Part shown: in pieces, positions 59,423 through 64,000 of the stretch
Numbering within the stretch: the stretch's first letter is position 1
Layout of the letters: every line of letters starts with the position of its first letter
Source of the DNA: an uncultured Thermoplasmatales archaeon
Lineage (GTDB): Archaea > Thermoplasmatota > E2 > DHVEG-1
Direction of reading: 5' to 3'
NCBI GenBank assembly: GCA_964406955.1
Contig: CAYOTP010000002.1
Location: forward strand, 369 to 64,368
DNA: 64,000 nt
Translations under genes and position numbers: made by a program
Notes under the pieces: model-generated
Databases searched by the model: none
Seen by the model: only the letters and a program-made list of their open reading frames with translations
Told to the model about the DNA's origin: nothing

Positions 59423-59647
59423 ATGAGGCGAAAAACGCTTTCCATTCAATGTAACCAATGCGGAAAAGAAATCTTTTCATACGTAAAAATTGGTAACGGG
59501 CGAGTTTGGCATTGCTGGAAGAAAAGGATCCTTAAGGATAACGGTATCAAAGATGGAAAATACGTTCGCTGCAATTGCGGCAACCTCATTGGAAAAGACA
59601 AACGCATTTGGATTGAATTAAAACAACATCATATCAACATCGAATAA
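59423..59647 (+). CDS. small zinc-ribbon protein
   Basis: 74 aa; CNQCGK...CNCGN. Confidence 0.45.
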   Translation: MRRKTLSIQCNQCGKEIFSYVKIGNGRVWHCWKKRILKDNGIKDGKYVRCNCGNLIGKDKRIWIELKQHHINIE

Positions 59648-59667
59648 AAATTCAATATGATGATAAT

Positions 59668-60453
59668 TTGTGGAGCAGGATAAGAAAAATGGATAAAAAA
59701 CAACAACTTGAACAGTTGAACAAACAGATTCTATCTTGTCAGCAATGCAGATTGGCAGATACCCGAAAACATGCACTACCCGGCGAGGGGGATCCAAATG
59801 CCCGATTATTTCTAATTGCACAAGCACCAGGTAAAGTTGAAGATATGAAAGGCAATATGTTTCTTGGGCCTTCCGGAAGAGTACTTGATAACCTCCTTAA
59901 CACGATAGGTGTAACTCGTGATGAATTATTCATGACCAATCTCATCAAATGTCACTTGCCAAAAAACCGGAAACCAAAGCAATCTGAAGTCCAGGCATGC
60001 CATCACTATTTAGACAAAGAAATCGAAATCATAACTCCCTCCTTTCTAATTCCTATGGGCCATTATGCAACTCGATATCTATTACAAAAATATGATCAAA
60101 AAATTCCTTCAAGACATGAATTCTATGAATTATATGGATCACTTCTTTACGTCAAAAAACAAAAAATATATCCCATTCAACACCCTGCAGCATCACTTCA
60201 TGATGATTCACTACAACCAATTCTAGAAAAAAATTATCATAAACTATCCGTGTTTTCCAACCAATGCAAATGGGCATCAGTCTGCCCTATGAAATATTAT
60301 CATGAAAAAGGACTCTTAGATACAAAATGGAGAGAACTATATTGTTTTGGTGACTGGGAATCCTGTATTCGGTTTCAAATGGAGAAAGAAGGCAAATACC
60401 ATGAAGATTGGATGCTTCCAAATGGGCAGCTTGATGATAAACTAAGGGGATGA
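59668..60453 (+). CDS. uracil-DNA glycosylase, family 4
   Basis: CQQCRL, GEGDPNARLFLIAQAPG and HPAA motifs; extra about 60-aa Cys/Trp-rich C-terminal tail. Confidence 0.8.
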   Translation: MWSRIRKMDKKQQLEQLNKQILSCQQCRLADTRKHALPGEGDPNARLFLIAQAPGKVEDMKGNMFLGPSGRVLDNLLNTIGVTRDELFMTNLIKCHLPKNRKPKQSEVQACHHYLDKEIEIITPSFLIPMGHYATRYLLQKYDQKIPSRHEFYELYGSLLYVKKQKIYPIQHPAASLHDDSLQPILEKNYHKLSVFSNQCKWASVCPMKYYHEKGLLDTKWRELYCFGDWESCIRFQMEKEGKYHEDWMLPNGQLDDKLRG

Positions 60454-60459
60454 TAAATA

Positions 60460-61107
60460 TTGAAATTAACCATCGTATATGATAACGAAAATTACAAGAG
60501 CAAACCTGGAACAGCAGACCATGGTTTTTCATGTTATATCGAAACCAGTAGCGAAACAATCCTATTTGATACTGGAACAGATGGAAAACTATTACTTCAA
60601 AACATGAAACTTCTAGGCAAGGATCCACATAAGATATCTAAAATTGTAATTTCCCATGAACATTATGACCATAATGGAGGCCTCCCAACATTGATTTCAC
60701 ATCTAATTAATCCAACCATTTACCGATTAGGCCCTAAACAATCATTTAATGAAGTTGAAGAAATCATCGTAACCGATCCTATCAATATCACCAAACAGAT
60801 CAGTTCCACGGGCCGCCTAACTGGCCAACCTGTTGATGAGCAATCGCTTTTGTTAGAATCAACTAAAGGTGTTGTCGTTCTTACTGGATGCTCCCATCCT
60901 GGATTGGGGTTGATTCTTCATGCTGCTGAAAAACAGGGTAGAATCCTTGGTTTAATCGGTGGATTTCATAATTTTGCAGATTTTGAGATAATTGAATCAT
61001 TGCAATTTATCTATCCCTGTCATTGTACAGCATTCAAAAAAGAAATAAAGAACAAATACCCCACTAAAACTAAAAATTGTGGTTTGGGGCTAACAATTAA
61101 TCTCTGA
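60460..61107 (+). CDS. metallo-beta-lactamase-fold hydrolase
   Basis: HxHxDH motif ISHEHYDHNGG. Confidence 0.7.
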   Translation: MKLTIVYDNENYKSKPGTADHGFSCYIETSSETILFDTGTDGKLLLQNMKLLGKDPHKISKIVISHEHYDHNGGLPTLISHLINPTIYRLGPKQSFNEVEEIIVTDPINITKQISSTGRLTGQPVDEQSLLLESTKGVVVLTGCSHPGLGLILHAAEKQGRILGLIGGFHNFADFEIIESLQFIYPCHCTAFKKEIKNKYPTKTKNCGLGLTINL

Positions 61108-61243
61108 ACTCCTTCAGTGATTGGACATGGTGGCTTCATCTAGTGGACAACGATTATCGGTTAATTCAAAAAGGCACCTTATGTCTTTATTCGCGAAAAC
61201 ATAAAAACATCATTCAAAATTACTTAAGGTCAGGTTAAATCAA

Positions 61244-61918
61244 ATGGTAACAAAAAACTACGCAGTCATTTTTGATTTGGATGGTGTCCTTCTAGACTCT
61301 GAATCTGACATGACATGGATGCGGAAAGCATTAGTCGATACTTTGCAAGCTTTTAGTATTGAACCAACGGAAAGAAAAATCGCCCTATTGGATACAAAGG
61401 ATTTATCAAAATTTCCACAAATAGCAGCATATTTTGATTTGGATGTTAATCACTTATGGAATATTCGAAATAAATATTATACTATACGTAAAATAGAAGC
61501 AATTATCTCCGAACAAATCAGACCATTTAAGGATATAACTGCATTAAATATAATCCGAAACTCTGCAAAAATCGCAATATTGAGTAATAGCCCACAGCAG
61601 GTCGTTGATGTATTCCAATCTCATTTTAAACTTGAAAACATCTTTTCAGTTGGTATTGGAAGAAGTGACAAGTATGAAGATATATTCCGATTAAAACCTC
61701 ATCCTTTACTATGGAATAAAATGAAACCATTCTTAAATGCTGAAACAATCATGTACGTGGGAGATAGAATAAGTGATAAAGAATTCGCTGAGAAAACGAA
61801 AATGATCTTTTTCGGATTGAATCGTTATGACCATGTATTCTCACATGGTTATTTCTCCTTATATGAAATCGTTGATGCTGTTCAAAAAACAATAAAAAAA
61901 AACGAATCAAACATATGA
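61244..61918 (+). CDS. HAD-superfamily hydrolase
   Basis: motif I FDLDGVLLDS; motif IV GDRISD. Confidence 0.7.
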   Translation: MVTKNYAVIFDLDGVLLDSESDMTWMRKALVDTLQAFSIEPTERKIALLDTKDLSKFPQIAAYFDLDVNHLWNIRNKYYTIRKIEAIISEQIRPFKDITALNIIRNSAKIAILSNSPQQVVDVFQSHFKLENIFSVGIGRSDKYEDIFRLKPHPLLWNKMKPFLNAETIMYVGDRISDKEFAEKTKMIFFGLNRYDHVFSHGYFSLYEIVDAVQKTIKKNESNI

Positions 61919-61927
61919 TTCCAATAG

Positions 61928-62032
61928 TTACTTAGAAGATGGCTCATCTTTTTTAGGAGTTTTTTTGAAATTGTGTTTTTTCAGCAGGTATTCAAGATAT
62001 TCTTTTTCTTCATCTGAACCGGGTACCATCAT
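61928..62032 (-). CDS. micro-ORF (34 aa), paralog A
   Basis: MMVPGSDEEKEYLEYLLKKHNFKKTPKKDEPSSK; GGAGG Shine-Dalgarno 10 nt upstream of ATG; bounded by in-frame stops; below the ORF-track length cutoff. Confidence 0.35.
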   Translation of the reverse strand: MMVPGSDEEKEYLEYLLKKHNFKKTPKKDEPSSK

Positions 62033-62141
62033 GGATTTACTGCCTCCACCGAGTTATACTTTGTCTTTATTACTATATAAATAGTGTATGCTACACTTTC
62101 AAAATGACAAAATGTCAACCAGCCAATTGACAGGTAATATT

Positions 62142-62282
62142 TCAATCAGTTTCTTCAGAAAAATGCTCATTAAACATTACCGTAGGCATTTCCTTTCCTT
62201 GGCTTCTGAGACCGGGTATGTATTTTCGAATGAGATATCGCAAATATTGTAATTCTTCTTCCGAATTTGATTCAATCAACAA
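62142..62282 (-). CDS. micro-ORF (about 46 aa, TTG start), paralog B
   Basis: LLIESNSEEELQYLRYLIRKYIPGLRSQGKEMPTVMFNEHFSEETD; the NSEEELQYLRYLIRKY segment matches GSDEEKEYLEYLLKKH of paralog A. Confidence 0.3.
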   Translation of the reverse strand: MLIESNSEEELQYLRYLIRKYIPGLRSQGKEMPTVMFNEHFSEETD

Positions 62283-62600
62283 GTATCACCAACCCATCTA
62301 ACAACAAACCATATAGTATAACCCCTTTTTTAGAATTATGTTATTGTCCAACTTTTTTTACGTAAAAAATCTAAGCAAATATCCCATGATGAAAAAGTGA
62401 AAAATTTTAAAGATTTAGCATTATAAATAAAAATATTATAGATACATAATTTCCATAAATAGAATTATTTCATCCCCTATGCAACTAGCCTAATTCCCAT
62501 TTGTTAAAAAAACTTATGAGAATAAAACAATGGAGGGCACATAGTTTAAATGGAAAAACGAAATACATCCAAAACATAATCTGGAAAAAATGTTGATGAA

Positions 62601-63503
62601 ATGACTAATCAATCGATAATAAATAACATTGTCCGGTTAAAAAAAGAAAAAAACGTAGTTATCCTTGCTCACGTGTACCAAAATGGAATAATACAGGACA
62701 TCGCTGATTTTACAGGGGACTCACTTGCCTTAAGTAAAAAAGCAGTTGGCACTAGTGCAGATATAATCGTGTTCTGTGGGGTGAAATTCATGGCTGAAAC
62801 AGCCCACATCCTCAACCCTGGGAAAAAAATATTACTCCCAATTCTTGGAGCAGGTTGCGATCTTGCAGATATGGCAACTGTTGACCAACTCAAACAGCAA
62901 AAAAAGAAATATGCAGATGCTGCTGTTGTCAGTTATGTGAATAGCTCAGCAGAAATCAAGGCATTATCAGATATTTGCTGTACATCAGCAAATGCAGTTG
63001 AAATCATACAATCGATAAAGCAAGAAAGTATTTTGTTTGTACCAGATAAAAACCTTGGATCATATATTGCTGAACAAAGTGACAAAGAAATCATCCCATG
63101 GAATGGATATTGTTATGTGCATGAAAACATTAGTCCCGAAACAATCAAACAGATGAAAACAAAGCATCATGGTGCAGAGGTCATTGTTCATCCTGAGTGT
63201 CCTAAATCAGTTAGAGATCTTGCAGATTTCATTGGAGGAACTGGGAACATGGCAAAATACGTTAAAAAATCTGATACCAACGAATTTATTGTTGGAACTG
63301 AAGATAATTTCTCATATCGTTTAAGAAAAGATAATCCAAATAAAACATTTTATCCTGTGGGAACTGAATGTATGGGTATGCGAAAAATTTCACTTGCTGA
63401 TGTGAAAGAATCGATAGAAAAAGAACAGTACAAAATTACTATTGATGAAGATACACGTAAAAAAGCTTATAAAGCATTAGAAAACATGATGAATCTATCA
63501 TGA
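62601..63503 (+). CDS. nadA: quinolinate synthase
   Basis: 300 aa; full-length NadA similarity (VVILAHVYQ, Cys ligands in three repeats). Confidence 0.9.
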   Translation: MTNQSIINNIVRLKKEKNVVILAHVYQNGIIQDIADFTGDSLALSKKAVGTSADIIVFCGVKFMAETAHILNPGKKILLPILGAGCDLADMATVDQLKQQKKKYADAAVVSYVNSSAEIKALSDICCTSANAVEIIQSIKQESILFVPDKNLGSYIAEQSDKEIIPWNGYCYVHENISPETIKQMKTKHHGAEVIVHPECPKSVRDLADFIGGTGNMAKYVKKSDTNEFIVGTEDNFSYRLRKDNPNKTFYPVGTECMGMRKISLADVKESIEKEQYKITIDEDTRKKAYKALENMMNLS

Positions 63504-64000
63504 AAGAAGCATCATACTATGAACCATTAGTGAATCAGAAAATTCGTTGTAATCTATGCCCACACCACTGCATTATTAATCAAGGAAAAAAGGGAATTTG
63601 TAAGGCCCGGAAAAACATTGAAGGATCATTATATTCGCTTGTGTATGGGAAACCAATAACGCAAAGCACTGATCCCATTGAAAAAAAACCGTTATTTCAT
63701 TTTTATCCAGGTTCAGCAGCTTTTTCTATTGCTACTGTTGGTTGTAATATGCATTGTTTACATTGTCAAAATGCAGATATTTCTCAGGTGGAACAAGGTA
63801 TCCTTACAACGCAAGAAATCGCTCCTAATGAAATTGTTAATGCAGCAAAAAAAAGTGGTGCAAGATCCATTGCTTACACCTATACGGAACCAACTATTTT
63901 TTATGAGTATGCTTATGATGTTGCAACACTTGCCCATAAGCAGGGTTTGAAGAATGTTTTTGTAACAAACGGCTACATCGAAAAAGAACCATTGAAACGC
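63500..64000 (+). CDS. radical SAM enzyme, PFL-activating-enzyme-like (AmmeMemoRadiSam-type N-terminus), 3' truncated by window edge
   Basis: ATGA overlap with the nadA stop; CNLCPHHC...GICKAR N-terminal Cys cluster; DPIEKKPLFHFYPGS; radical SAM CNMHCLHC (Cx3Cx2C). Confidence 0.75.
   Translation, partial: MKEASYYEPLVNQKIRCNLCPHHCIINQGKKGICKARKNIEGSLYSLVYGKPITQSTDPIEKKPLFHFYPGSAAFSIATVGCNMHCLHCQNADISQVEQGILTTQEIAPNEIVNAAKKSGARSIAYTYTEPTIFYEYAYDVATLAHKQGLKNVFVTNGYIEKEPLKR

Noticed and set aside
1-64000. CRISPR array, IS element or prophage
   Set aside because: I saw no regularly spaced direct repeats and no transposase, integrase, cas1 or cas3-like ORFs. Gene content is chromosomal housekeeping plus accessory operons.

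Overview
This is an AT-rich (roughly one-third GC) archaeal chromosomal segment. Archaeal hallmarks are TFB, fibrillarin, archaeal-type TyrRS, ThrRS with the archaeal editing domain, PurP, archaeal iPGM, an AcnX/UbiD-type mevalonate pathway, oligo-T terminators and TATA-like promoters. Roughly 68 protein-coding genes are dense on both strands. I did not find a CRISPR array, IS element, rRNA or convincing tRNA. One GC-rich island of about 340 nt at 5105-5450 is almost certainly a structured ncRNA. It carries a GAAAGUCCGG motif on the minus strand, reminiscent of RNase P RNA, but I cannot settle its identity.

Housekeeping genes include purB, tyrS, an Mtq2/HemK-like methyltransferase, cysK, sfsA, purP, thrS, gcvT-gcvH, flpA, a GGPP synthase, rlmE-tfb, apgM, xth, trx, UDG family 4, nadA and several ABC exporters.

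Accessory content worth a closer look:
- (1) A 5.7-kb operon of DUF134, two DUF5320-like Gly/Arg-rich proteins, Mrp/ApbC, two NifX-like cofactor-binding proteins, DUF89, two MinD-ferredoxin ATPases and a cupin. It looks like an uncharacterised metallocluster assembly or carrier system.
- (2) An operon combining a CitF-like citrate CoA-transferase, a short citrate-synthase-family citryl-CoA lyase and a fused LeuC-LeuD-type dehydratase, with no CitD or CitE.
- (3) The archaeal alternative mevalonate operon (MVK, UbiD-like decarboxylase, AcnX large and small subunits) with an embedded unknown 108-aa gene.
- (4) A cluster pairing PaaK/CapK-like adenylating enzymes with standalone LPG-synthase-TM/flippase-like proteins, an AlkP-family phosphodiesterase and an SDR. 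A third adenylating paralog lies elsewhere.
- (5) A Cas2-like small ORF with no CRISPR nearby.
- (6) Two paralogous micro-ORFs in an otherwise empty 680-bp gap.
- (7) A beta-helix surface protein carrying an HExxH motif.
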